DNA of 64,000 bases. Source: Candidatus Latescibacterota bacterium. GTDB taxonomy: Bacteria; Latescibacterota; UBA2968; UBA8231. Where the stretch lies: positions 832,001 to 896,000 of the forward strand of contig CBDCDC010000001.1 of the NCBI GenBank assembly GCA_965215195.1. The letters are read 5' to 3'. Both the position numbers and the translations under genes were made by a program. The notes beneath the pieces were generated by a model, which did not search any database, was not told the DNA's origin, and saw nothing but the letters and a program-made list of their open reading frames with translations. How positions within the stretch are numbered: the stretch's first letter is position 1; every line of letters begins with the position of its first letter. Positions 38,934 to 48,081 of this stretch are shown in pieces.

Positions 38934-39878
38934 ATGAACTATCGGTCGATACTGATCGCCTGCTTGGCAACACTGGGCCCGGCCGTTGCTGGCTGGGGGC
39001 AAGCCGACGGTAAAATCGCATTTACCTCGCGACGCGAGGGGGCCTGGGACGTGTGGATTATGGATGCAGATGGGAGCGACCCCGTCAATTTAACCCAAGG
39101 TCGGCATGGGCGTTGCATTAGCCCCGCTTGGTCTTCAGATGGAACGCAGATCGCCTATCTCGCCTTTAGTAAAGATCCCGCCTCCGTCCGGGTCGATTAT
39201 TCCATTGGTGACGTCTGGGTGATGGACGCCCACGGCGGCAACTCGCAACAAATGGGCTCGCTAACAAATCCCGGATTTGAGAATCTTATTTGGGCTGAAG
39301 ACGGAAGTAGCATTTACTACTACATACAGCACCGCTATGAAGTGTTCGTTGTGGCGCTGGACGGCAGTGGCTCCTCACTTATGGATTGGCGGGAGGCGGC
39401 TTGGATGGTCAAAGGTTCCCTCGATAGTCGCGGTCGTTCTCCCGACGGAACCAAACTAGCACAAGTCGTGTTGCAGGACTCTGAGGGCGATGCCTACCTA
39501 AACCTAATTACCTTCACTTCCGGTGAATGGCCGCAGTCTTATGACCGAGAAGATCTCCTGAATCTGGTAGAAGATTTCCGGGAGATTCCTCTTTCTGATC
39601 TACCCTATCAACAAGCAGAACTTGAACCCGGCCAGTTTAGACCAGCCACCCCTGGACCTACTTGGTCGCCCGACAGCATGAGAATCGCCTTCTCTGGCGC
39701 TAACGAGCAAGGGCAAGAGGAGGTTTGGGTTGTTGATATAGACGGGAGCAACTTGGTCAATCTGACCGACGGTTTGGGCGGAGATTATCCCGCTTGGCAA
39801 CCCGTTTCTCCTTCGGCTACTGGGACGAGCGTCGAAGCCCAGTCGTGGGGACGGATCAAATCGCTGCTTTCTCATTAA
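38934..39878 (+). CDS. Secreted TolB/PD40 beta-propeller protein with C-terminal TSV...SWGRIK motif
   Basis: Signal peptide, KIAFTS, PAWSSDGTQIAY, PTWSPD repeats. Confidence 0.8.
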   Translation: MNYRSILIACLATLGPAVAGWGQADGKIAFTSRREGAWDVWIMDADGSDPVNLTQGRHGRCISPAWSSDGTQIAYLAFSKDPASVRVDYSIGDVWVMDAHGGNSQQMGSLTNPGFENLIWAEDGSSIYYYIQHRYEVFVVALDGSGSSLMDWREAAWMVKGSLDSRGRSPDGTKLAQVVLQDSEGDAYLNLITFTSGEWPQSYDREDLLNLVEDFREIPLSDLPYQQAELEPGQFRPATPGPTWSPDSMRIAFSGANEQGQEEVWVVDIDGSNLVNLTDGLGGDYPAWQPVSPSATGTSVEAQSWGRIKSLLSH

Positions 39879-39890
39879 TCGCGCCTCGTC

Positions 39891-39919
39891 CGTAGGGGCG
39901 GTTTGCAAGCCATCCTACG
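39891..39919. repeat. GTAG-type REP-like imperfect palindrome
   Basis: CGTAGGGGCGGTTTGCAAGCCATCCTACG directly after a stop codon. Confidence 0.45.
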
Positions 39920-39953
39920 TGCCTTTCTCCACTAACCTGAGAGGAGATAAACT

Positions 39954-41555
39954 ATGCACCGCTTTATCGTAGCTATTTTGCTGTTGGCGGCTCCACACGG
40001 GACCCTTGCCTCAACAGGGGAGTTGTTCGCAGAAGCCGACTTTTTCACCCTCGGCCCGGGCATCGGCCTGGGGTTCATTGGTGATACCGGCGTTTTGGGC
40101 GATATAGATGGCGATGGGGATGTGGATCTTGTGGTAGGTTGGACTCGTTGGTCGCCACACGTATACGCAGACGATGGAGCCCCGGGAGAGCACTTTCCAC
40201 ACTGGGGCTGGACCGTGGCGTCCAACGATGGCTTGGGTGGCTTGGTCCCCACCCGCGACGTCATGCACGGAAAAAGAGAAGCAGGAGAAAGAAGCGCGCC
40301 CATCATTAATATCTGGGGGGACGACTTCGACGGGGATGGACTCTTGGATCTGGCCTTTGAGGAGGAATTGAACCTTGAACTGTGGCACAACCGGGGCGAG
40401 GACGGCTTTGCAACCATCCTGCAACTGCCCAACGTGGGTTTAGTTGGCTTAGCCGATGGTGAAGGCGACGGCGATGTGGACTTGTTGGTCATGGAGTATG
40501 ACGACGAGGCATTGGACAACCACGAGGGGACATCTCAAGCGACCCTGTGGTTCAACGACGGCGAGGCGAAGTTTGTCCGCAGCGATCGGTTCACCCTCGA
40601 CAGCGAAGAGAGGTTCCTTCCTAGGCTTTGGCCCGCCGAGCAATCATTGGGAGAGGGAGGGGCCTTGCGCCTGCTATGGACCCGAACGTGCTATCAGCAG
40701 CTCCAAGGGGCTGGGCCGACGGGGGTTTGGCTGACCCAGCCGTGGGCGGCCAGCGCGGAGCCGCCGCTTTTTCTTGAGTCCATAGTCAACCCCTGTTACT
40801 CCACCCCGCTACAGGCCGGTAGCGATGGACAGGTGGATTTAATTGGCATCGCTGAGGCAACCGTTTCCTCCTACGTACACACCTACCGCGGCTTGGCCCT
40901 GTGGCGTCTGGACACCTCGGGCGTGGTGGCACACTACACGTTGCTCGGCTCGCAGGTACACGTGCAGGGTCGCCCCCTTGTCAGCGACCTCAACGGCGAT
41001 GGTCTGCTGGACGTGGCCTTGGTTGATGGCAACTTGGAAACTGAGCCGGCCTTGGTCGTCTTGATCGGCCAGAGCGATGGTATGCCCGTTCTCGAAGGCC
41101 GCTACCGGCTGCCGGGCACGGGCAGCGAGGTGCTCGCCGGCGACCTCAATGGCGATAGGGCCGCCGATCTGGTCGTGTTGGGGCAGAATGTGGAAGGCGG
41201 TCCTGGCGGGGCTTTCGTCTTTATCAACCAGAACAGCCCACCCACAGCCGTAGCCGTTGAGCCGGCCACGCCGTCGGCCTTTGTCTTGGATGCGAACTAT
41301 CCCAATCCTTTTAATCCGGCCACGACCATCCCCCTAACGGTGCCTGCCGGTGCCGAGGCTGCGGACGTAGCCATTTACAACCTCTTGGGACAGCTTGTGC
41401 GCCAAGTGTGGTCGGGTCCGTTGGCAGCGGGCGAACATCGGCTGACTTGGGATGGTCGAGACGGTCAGGGCCAACTCGTCTCTTCCGGGGTCTATTTGTA
41501 TCAACTACGCGTGGATGATCAGCTACGCACCCGAAAGATGGTCAAGCTCGAATAG
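39954..41555 (+). CDS. Secreted FG-GAP/VCBS repeat protein with FlgD-Ig/CTD-like tail
   Basis: Repeated DxDGDGDxDL motifs, NYPNPFNP, WDGRD..G..VSSGVYLY. Confidence 0.85.
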   Translation: MHRFIVAILLLAAPHGTLASTGELFAEADFFTLGPGIGLGFIGDTGVLGDIDGDGDVDLVVGWTRWSPHVYADDGAPGEHFPHWGWTVASNDGLGGLVPTRDVMHGKREAGERSAPIINIWGDDFDGDGLLDLAFEEELNLELWHNRGEDGFATILQLPNVGLVGLADGEGDGDVDLLVMEYDDEALDNHEGTSQATLWFNDGEAKFVRSDRFTLDSEERFLPRLWPAEQSLGEGGALRLLWTRTCYQQLQGAGPTGVWLTQPWAASAEPPLFLESIVNPCYSTPLQAGSDGQVDLIGIAEATVSSYVHTYRGLALWRLDTSGVVAHYTLLGSQVHVQGRPLVSDLNGDGLLDVALVDGNLETEPALVVLIGQSDGMPVLEGRYRLPGTGSEVLAGDLNGDRAADLVVLGQNVEGGPGGAFVFINQNSPPTAVAVEPATPSAFVLDANYPNPFNPATTIPLTVPAGAEAADVAIYNLLGQLVRQVWSGPLAAGEHRLTWDGRDGQGQLVSSGVYLYQLRVDDQLRTRKMVKLE

Positions 41556-41584
41556 ACGATTCGACCATCGATATCCTGCCCCTA

Positions 41585-41731
41585 AGAAGCGGTCTGAAAA
41601 TTCCGGGTATCGTCTCTTGTGTGTAGAAAACAATCGAGGATCGAGGGCGTCTCGCCCTCGAAAAACGCGCCATCCGCGGGCCTCTCAACCGCTGCTCAAC
41701 GCGGTTCGCCGAGGGTTTGCAGACCGCTTCT
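41585..41731. mobile_element. MITE copy 2 (147 bp, uninterrupted, inverted relative to copy 1)
   Basis: Terminal inverted repeats AGAAGCGGTCTG...CAGACCGCTTCT. Internal REP-like hairpin GAGGGCGTCTCGCCCTC. Confidence 0.8.
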
Positions 41732-41744
41732 ATAAGGATACCGC

Positions 41745-41912
41745 GTGATCCCCGCCCTCCTCGACCGCATCGTCGAACTGGCCTTCGACCCCCGAGTCGC
41801 CGCCTTCTTCGGCGTCTGCTTGGGGCTGTATATCCTGCGGGACGTAGGCCGTATATGTTTGCGGCTGATGGGAGCTTTTTGGCGGGGACGGGGGAAGAAG
41901 CGCGATGAGTAG
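41745..41912 (+). CDS. Small (55 aa) putative single-pass membrane protein, absent from the ORF track
   Basis: AAGGA RBS, GTG start, MIPALLDRIVELAFDPRVAAFFGVCLGLYILRDVG...RGKKRDE*. Confidence 0.45.
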   Translation: MIPALLDRIVELAFDPRVAAFFGVCLGLYILRDVGRICLRLMGAFWRGRGKKRDE

Positions 41913-41934
41913 GGGCCGCCCTTTGTTTAGATTC

Positions 41935-42657
41935 TTAAACCAAGTACTCGGCGTTGTCTTGGGGGGCGTAGCCTAGTTCTCGGCGGGCGTTTTGGATGTC
42001 CCAGTAGGCGCGGGTATTGCCCGAGATTCCGTAGTAGATTCCGTAGCGCACGTCGGCCTCAATGGAGCACTGCACGAGTTGCACGCAGTCGCGGTGGCTC
42101 AGCCAAGTGGAGAGAATCCGGTCGCTTTGGCGCTCCACGACCGCTGAATCCGGCTGGAACGAGCCGATGCGCAGGCATACGACCTCCAAACCGTAGCGAT
42201 CCACATAGTAGCGTCCCAGACTTTCCCCAAATGCCTTGCTGGCCCCGTACAGGCTGTCGGGCCGCACGGGCATCTCCGGCGTGGTGTACATCCCTTCTTG
42301 CTCGTAAAAGCCGGTCACGTGATTGGTGCTGGCCAAGACGACCCGCTTGACGCCCGCGTTTTTGCAGGCCTCATAGGTGCAGTACGCGCCTTGGATGTTC
42401 TTTTCGAGTACTGAATCCCAAGTAGCGCTAACTTCTGGATCGCCAGCGAGATGGACTACCGCATCGACGCTGGCGACGGCTGCGGCCATAGCGGCTGGAT
42501 CGGCGACGCTGCCCAAGGCGACCTCTTCGTCCGCGGCGGCTTCCCGCACTGTGCGGTGATACAGCAGTCGCAGGTCGTAGCACTCCCTCAGCCCTTGGCG
42601 CAACACCGCGCCGATGCGGCCGGCCGCACCCGTAATCAGCACTTTCTTGCGGCCCAT
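41935..42657 (-). CDS. NAD-dependent epimerase/dehydratase (uronate dehydrogenase-like)
   Basis: ITGAAGRIG, YGASK, LRIGSF, TWLSHRD. Confidence 0.88.
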   Translation of the reverse strand: MGRKKVLITGAAGRIGAVLRQGLRECYDLRLLYHRTVREAAADEEVALGSVADPAAMAAAVASVDAVVHLAGDPEVSATWDSVLEKNIQGAYCTYEACKNAGVKRVVLASTNHVTGFYEQEGMYTTPEMPVRPDSLYGASKAFGESLGRYYVDRYGLEVVCLRIGSFQPDSAVVERQSDRILSTWLSHRDCVQLVQCSIEADVRYGIYYGISGNTRAYWDIQNARRELGYAPQDNAEYLV

Positions 42658-42785
42658 CACGCCTCGGACAGCCGTTTTACGAGCCACCACGTCAGGAGGC
42701 CCGCCGCCAGCCCAAGGCCCCAAAAGAGGCCCGCCTGCGAGGGGAGACAGAGGCCGTTTTTGCGGAGCTTCATCGCGCACGCTCC

Positions 42786-43436
42786 TCAGCGGCTGGCCCA
42801 CAGCATGCCGCGCCGCTGGATTTCGCGCGCTTCGGGCACGTCGAAATCCCGAGCCACGTGGCCCAGCGACGAGTAGAACACCCGACCCGCTCCCCACGCG
42901 CGCTTCCACACCACCGGCATGATCGTCCCGTTGACCCAAGGCGCACTCTGGCGGCCCTCTAGGGTCGTCGTGGCCAGCACTTGATTGCCCGGGTCGGTGT
43001 GCATGTAGTACTGCTCGGAGTGCATTTGAAAGTCGTCTAGGCCGGCGACGATGGGGTCGTCTGGAGCCGCGATGTTCACCGCGTAGTCGATGATCCCGTC
43101 TGGGTGGGCCACAAACTGGCCGCCGACCATGAACTGATAGGTGGTATTGTTGCGGAACGAATCGGCCATGCAGCCGTGCCAGCCGGCCACGCCGGCGCCG
43201 CGCTCAATGGCCGCGAGCAGCCCCTGTTCCTGCTCTCCTTCGATCTGGCCCATCGTCCACGCCGGCACCACGAGATCCTGCTCGGCCATGAGGTCGCGGT
43301 CTTTGTACGCGTCGAGGGTATCCGAAATGGTTACTGCGAACCCTTCTTCTTCTAAAATGGGCGCGAAAATATCGACGCACTGCTTGGGCTCGTGCCCCTC
43401 CCAGCCGCCCCACACCACGATTGCTTTCTTTGCCAT
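42786..43436 (-). CDS. ThuA-like (trehalose utilisation) domain protein
   Basis: [29 protein letters not shown]. Confidence 0.9.
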   Translation of the reverse strand: MAKKAIVVWGGWEGHEPKQCVDIFAPILEEEGFAVTISDTLDAYKDRDLMAEQDLVVPAWTMGQIEGEQEQGLLAAIERGAGVAGWHGCMADSFRNNTTYQFMVGGQFVAHPDGIIDYAVNIAAPDDPIVAGLDDFQMHSEQYYMHTDPGNQVLATTTLEGRQSAPWVNGTIMPVVWKRAWGAGRVFYSSLGHVARDFDVPEAREIQRRGMLWASR

Positions 43437-43451
43437 GACGCTCCTTTTGCG

Positions 43452-44207
43452 TTAGCTGGCGCCGCGCGCCAGCTCGTTGCCAACGAGGTATTGATAGCTC
43501 TTTTCCACGGCTTCCATCATGTCGGTCGCACAGCGGTCCAACTCCACGATCAGCCAGTCGCAGGTGCCGTGGCTGGCTTCGATAATGGGCGGGAAATCCA
43601 TGGCCCCCTCGCCGACAGCGAGCATGTCCTGCGCCGGGTCGCACGGGCCGTCCTTGAGGTGCAAAAGCGGCGCTCGCTCGCCCAGCTCCTCGACGACCTG
43701 CACTGAGTCGCCGCCGCCGGTATTGACCCAATAGGTATCGACCTGAAAAAAGATGGACTCGTCGAGCGCGTCGACTAGGTGCTCAAAACCCGGACGCCCT
43801 TCCACTTCCTCGAACTCCCACCAGTGGTTGTGCAGGCCCAGCTCCAATCCGTTTTCAGCGGCGATCTGGGCGGCTTGGTTCCAGCGGTCGCACAGCGCCT
43901 TGAGCGCGTCTGCGCTGGCGAAGGCATCGCGCGGCGTGGAGGACACCACGCGGGTGGCCTCCAGCTCGTGGGCCAGCCCGATGACTTGGTTTTTTTGCTT
44001 GCCCAAGGGTAGCTGTGTATGCACGCTGCATACGTCTAACCCCAGATCGGCAAATAGGTCGCTGGCTTCATCTACGGCGATGCCGGGGAATCCGGCCGTC
44101 TCGACTCCCACGTACCCGATCTCGGCAATCCGGGTGACCACGGACTTGAAGTTGTGCGCGAGGGCTTCGCGGACCGTGTAGAGCTGAAGCGCTATGGGGG
44201 CAGCCAT
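43452..44207 (-). CDS. Sugar phosphate isomerase/epimerase (IolE-like TIM barrel)
   Basis: LQLYTVR, LHNHWWEF, DTYW, LHLKDG, IVELD. Confidence 0.88.
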   Translation of the reverse strand: MAAPIALQLYTVREALAHNFKSVVTRIAEIGYVGVETAGFPGIAVDEASDLFADLGLDVCSVHTQLPLGKQKNQVIGLAHELEATRVVSSTPRDAFASADALKALCDRWNQAAQIAAENGLELGLHNHWWEFEEVEGRPGFEHLVDALDESIFFQVDTYWVNTGGGDSVQVVEELGERAPLLHLKDGPCDPAQDMLAVGEGAMDFPPIIEASHGTCDWLIVELDRCATDMMEAVEKSYQYLVGNELARGAS

Positions 44208-44419
44208 TTCTTCCTTCCTTGTGGATGAGAGATATAATAGTGATATGAGGCTTAAAGCAATAGCTAAGGCAGATGTGCGAATTGTCGGGCGTCGATAGGC
44301 GAAGTCAGCTAATTAAATAAAAAAAATGGGCCGGTGGGCAAATTAATTTGTAATGACACTGCACTTGCTGCGCTGCTCGCGCGCTTCTACATTAGCCGCT
44401 CCAACCAAGGAGCAATCGC

Positions 44420-45493
44420 ATGAGCACCCAAGACAAAGTGCGCCTCGGGTTTATCGGTGCTGGCTGGTGGGCCACCAGCAACCACATGCCCGTTTTTGCC
44501 GCCCGCGACGACGTCGAGCTGACGGCCGTCTGCCGCTTGGGCCAAGCCGAGCTAGAGCAGGTGCGGGACCACTTCGGATTCTCGTTTGCCACCCAAAATT
44601 ACCGAGAGCTATTGGCCCACTGCGAACTCGACGGAGTAGTAGTAGCCTCGCCGCACACCTTGCACCACGAACACGCCCGCGCCGCCTTGGAGGCCGGCCT
44701 GCACGTGATGTGCGAAAAACCCCTGACCACCCGCGCGGCCGACGCGCGCGAATTGGTGCGCCTCGCGGCCGCGCGAGGTCGCCATTTGCTCGTGCCCTAT
44801 GGCTGGCACCACAAGCCTTTTATCCAGCGGGCCAAGGCCCTGATGGACGACCGAGCTATCGGCGAGATCGAATTCGCGCTCTGCCACATGGCCTCGCCAA
44901 TCCGCGCCCTGCTTTCCGGGGAGGAAGTGGATGTGTCCGACATTTCCGGGCAGGACAGCGCCAGCCTCTTCGGCCCTACGCCCGCTACTTGGGCCGATCC
45001 GGCCGTGGCCGCTGGCGGCTACGCCCACGCGCAAATATCGCACTCCTCAGGGCTGCTATTCTGGCTGTCCGGGCTGCGCGCCGAGCGCGTCTTTGCCGCC
45101 ATGAGCGCACCCGGGGCCGCGGTTGATCTGTACGACGCGCTCACCGTGCGCTTTACTTCGGGGGCCATCGGCGCGGTCAGCGGTGCCGGCACCGTGCCCA
45201 CAGACCAGACCTTTCAGGTCGATCTGCGCTTCTTCGGGTCGGAGGGCATGCTGCTCGTCGATTGCGAGCGCGCCCGCATGCATCTGCGCCGCCACGATGG
45301 CGAACACGTCGTCGAGGAGGTCGCCGAAGACGCCGGGGCCTACGAGTGCGATGGTCCGCCCAACAACTTCGCCGACTTGATCTTGGGTAAAACCGACGTC
45401 AACTGGACCCCGGGCGAAGCGGCCATGCGCGGGGTGGAGATGCTCGACGCAGCGTACCGCTCGGCCGCTTCGGGCCGGGAAGAGCAGGTGTAA
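44420..45493 (+). CDS. Gfo/Idh/MocA oxidoreductase
   Basis: GFIGAG, H.EH...AL.AG.HVMCEKP. Confidence 0.92.
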   Translation: MSTQDKVRLGFIGAGWWATSNHMPVFAARDDVELTAVCRLGQAELEQVRDHFGFSFATQNYRELLAHCELDGVVVASPHTLHHEHARAALEAGLHVMCEKPLTTRAADARELVRLAAARGRHLLVPYGWHHKPFIQRAKALMDDRAIGEIEFALCHMASPIRALLSGEEVDVSDISGQDSASLFGPTPATWADPAVAAGGYAHAQISHSSGLLFWLSGLRAERVFAAMSAPGAAVDLYDALTVRFTSGAIGAVSGAGTVPTDQTFQVDLRFFGSEGMLLVDCERARMHLRRHDGEHVVEEVAEDAGAYECDGPPNNFADLILGKTDVNWTPGEAAMRGVEMLDAAYRSAASGREEQV

Positions 45494-46091
45494 CATCGGC
45501 CCTGCCCGCGCCTTTCGCCTCTCGCGGGCGGCTATCTGTTGACCCCGTTTGGCCCCTTCTCTATCTATCGGCGCACAGGGCGCGGTGCGCGACGTGCTGC
45601 TGTGCTTCTCATCCCGATCTGCTCGGCGGCATTTCACGCCTAAAGACCTGCGCCCGTGAAGCTCATCAGGCTGTCGATTCTGCTCTATTGTATCGGTCCC
45701 TAATCTTCGCTTTTTTGAAAATTTTTTGCGTATCCCTTGACACTGTTTTACGCCCCCTCGTAACTAGATTCACAGGGCAAACAATAGACTCCACGACGCT
45801 TTTAAGAGCGCCCACAGGAAGAATGCAAATGATAGGTGTATATCGCTTCGACATGCGCAGGACGCCGCACATAGCCGCCAAAGAAAATCTATGTAGTGGG
45901 TGCGCCTATCTAGCTGCCGCTATGCAGATCGAAAAGACCCAATTCGCGCCGAGAGGACGGGGCTATATCCCCGACTGAAGCTCGTCTTTGCAAGAGCTAA
46001 ACGTGGCAAGAGGCCGTGGCGCGAAAATGACAACGCGCTGCGGCCTCTTTTTTGTGACAAATGCTTGACATTGTTCCCTCGGTTTGTTGAA

Positions 46092-46117
46092 TTATACTGA
46101 ACAGGCGTTCAGTATAA
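46092..46117. promoter_or_regulatory. Perfect 11-bp-arm palindrome (operator candidate) overlapping a TATACT -10-like hexamer
   Basis: TTATACTGAAC-AGGC-GTTCAGTATAA, 24 bp upstream of the ATG at 46142. TTGACA at 46065. Confidence 0.6.
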
Positions 46118-46141
46118 AAAGACGAGCAACAAAGGCAAAAA

Positions 46142-46474
46142 ATGAAGACCAACAAACAAACACGACACTTCAACACCGCCCCCTCGGTTTTTACTCAGGG
46201 CGGTGCCAAGATGCGCGTTGTGACTAGGGCCGGCCGGGTCATCGACGCGCGACCGCGCTTTGCGGCTTTGCGGCGCGGCTTAGACAGCGGGGCGTTGCCG
46301 TCCACCCCGGACGGACGGCAGCGGGTCTGCGCGACATTCACCAAGCCAACCAAGGACCTCATCGCAAGGAGCAACCACACTATGCGACGCGAGATCATCA
46401 ACCAAGGACTGATGTACGCAATCATCAGCCTATTTGTATTCGCGATGATACCGCTCCTGCGCTTCCTAAGCTAA
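46142..46474 (+). CDS. Hypothetical basic protein with C-terminal transmembrane helix
   Basis: 110-aa ORF downstream of the palindrome, followed by a GC hairpin at about 46510-46541. Confidence 0.45.
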   Translation: MKTNKQTRHFNTAPSVFTQGGAKMRVVTRAGRVIDARPRFAALRRGLDSGALPSTPDGRQRVCATFTKPTKDLIARSNHTMRREIINQGLMYAIISLFVFAMIPLLRFLS

Positions 46475-46629
46475 TGGCTCTTTGACGCGCAGCGGCATTG
46501 CGAAACCGACCTGGGGCAGCGGCAGCGACCGCTGCCTCAGGAACATCAACCCCCTCAACTTAGAAGCCCTAACAAAATAAAAGCCTGTGCCCGCGAAAGC
46601 GGGTGGTGCGCCAATCCTGCGTTCCGCGG

Positions 46630-46843
46630 CTTCGACGCGAGCGCCCTGATTTCCGCAACCGCTCGCTGCACAGCAACGCCATCCTGCGCTGGAAGTACAA
46701 GCCGGGCAGCACCCTTTTCGTCGTCTGGTCGCAATTCCGCCACGACGACTCCGACCTAGGCGCGTTTACAATCTGCGGCGTAGCTTTGTGGACGAGGGGA
46801 TCAATACCTTCTTGGGGAAGTTCAACTATTGGCTGCACATCTA
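46630..46843 (+). pseudogene. 3' fragment of a DUF5916-like outer-membrane beta-barrel gene, frameshifted
   Basis: PDFRNRSLHSNAILRWKYKPGSTLFVVWSQ, then INTFLGKFNYWLHI* in another frame. Confidence 0.6.
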
Positions 46844-46934
46844 GGGCGAGGATTGCGCGCTGCATTTGGCCCTTGTCGCGCAAGCTGCGGTAGGGCTTTT
46901 TGCCAGTCGCGCAGGGCGGCCCGTGGTCCTATAC

Positions 46935-47948
46935 CTATTTTTCTATGAAGCGCCACAACGCGTCAAAGTGCGCCCCCACAATCGGCTCTCGCAGCACCGA
47001 GTTGACGCCTTTTTCCGCCATGTAGCGCGGCGCAAACGCCAGCCCCTTTTGCAGTGCCGTGCGCTCCAGCCCCATTTGCCTAGGGCGCCAGCGCACCCGA
47101 CAGCGGTCCAGCCGCTTGGCCAACCCCGCGGTATCCCCCGCGCAGCACCACGTGATGATCATCGCCCCCAAGGCCACGAGCTCGCCGTGGATCCAAGTCC
47201 GTTGGTTGGCCGCCTCCAGCGCGATCCAGAACGGATGATCGCCGCTTTCTGTGGGAGCCTTTAGCTGCTGGCTATCGCGCTCCTTAATCCGCTGCGCGAT
47301 GTTAGCCACGCTCGCCGCCATCATCCGTCCAGTGGCATCCAGCGTTGCGGCAAAAGAAGTTGCGATCGACTCGTGATAGGCCACCTGCTGGGCCGCCAGC
47401 GCCGGGTCAAACGCCGCCCGCCGCCGCCACTCCTCCAGCCCCGCATGGCTGCAGAGGATGTCGCCCAGCCCGGCCGTGTGCAAGTGATCCGGTGCGGTGA
47501 GGACCACATCGACATCCACGAGCACGTATTGGCAATCCACCCATGGCCAGTCGTCCAAATCCCCGACGGTCTGATAGCCGTCCCACCGCGCCACGTGCCC
47601 GTGGATGATCGCCCCGGAAGAGAGGATCGTCGGCACCAAGATCAGCTCGGCGTCCTTGTCGAGAGCCACGAACTTGGAAGCGTCGAGGGCCTTGCCGCCG
47701 CCCAAGCCGATGACCAGCTCGATCCCGGCTGGTAGCTGGTCGCTGAGGTCCTGCTGATGCGCCGAGTCCAGCCACTCGGCAAAGACCACGCCCGCTGGCT
47801 CGCGCACGAGGTGGCCCTTGGCGGCTGCGTACGCGCTGGGCGTGGTTACAATCGCATACGCCGGCCAGCGGGCACTTTCTCGTTGCAACAAGCCGCGGGC
47901 GACGCGCACGTCGTATTCAGCAGCCGGTTTGCTGCGTTGGCTGCCCAT
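46935..47948 (-). CDS. Glycerol-1-phosphate dehydrogenase/AraM-like (DHQS/iron-ADH superfamily)
   Basis: GLGGGKALDASK, VPTILS, AGLGD, ESGDH, HGELVALG. Confidence 0.75.
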   Translation of the reverse strand: MGSQRSKPAAEYDVRVARGLLQRESARWPAYAIVTTPSAYAAAKGHLVREPAGVVFAEWLDSAHQQDLSDQLPAGIELVIGLGGGKALDASKFVALDKDAELILVPTILSSGAIIHGHVARWDGYQTVGDLDDWPWVDCQYVLVDVDVVLTAPDHLHTAGLGDILCSHAGLEEWRRRAAFDPALAAQQVAYHESIATSFAATLDATGRMMAASVANIAQRIKERDSQQLKAPTESGDHPFWIALEAANQRTWIHGELVALGAMIITWCCAGDTAGLAKRLDRCRVRWRPRQMGLERTALQKGLAFAPRYMAEKGVNSVLREPIVGAHFDALWRFIEK

Positions 47949-48081
47949 GGACCAGCCTCTATTTGTTTTGGGCATTTGTTCTCCGTTCCATCATGCCACT
48001 ATTGCTTCTGTGATTGCTATTGCACAACAATATACAAGCCCTTTTTTCTTTGCCAACGCATCTTCCTGAGTCCAAAAGCCT

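Noticed and set aside
45494-46060. Gene-poor gap as a possible ncRNA/riboswitch or short ORFs
   Set aside because: No recognisable RNA family or convincing RBS-ORF by eye. An Rfam/Infernal scan would be needed.
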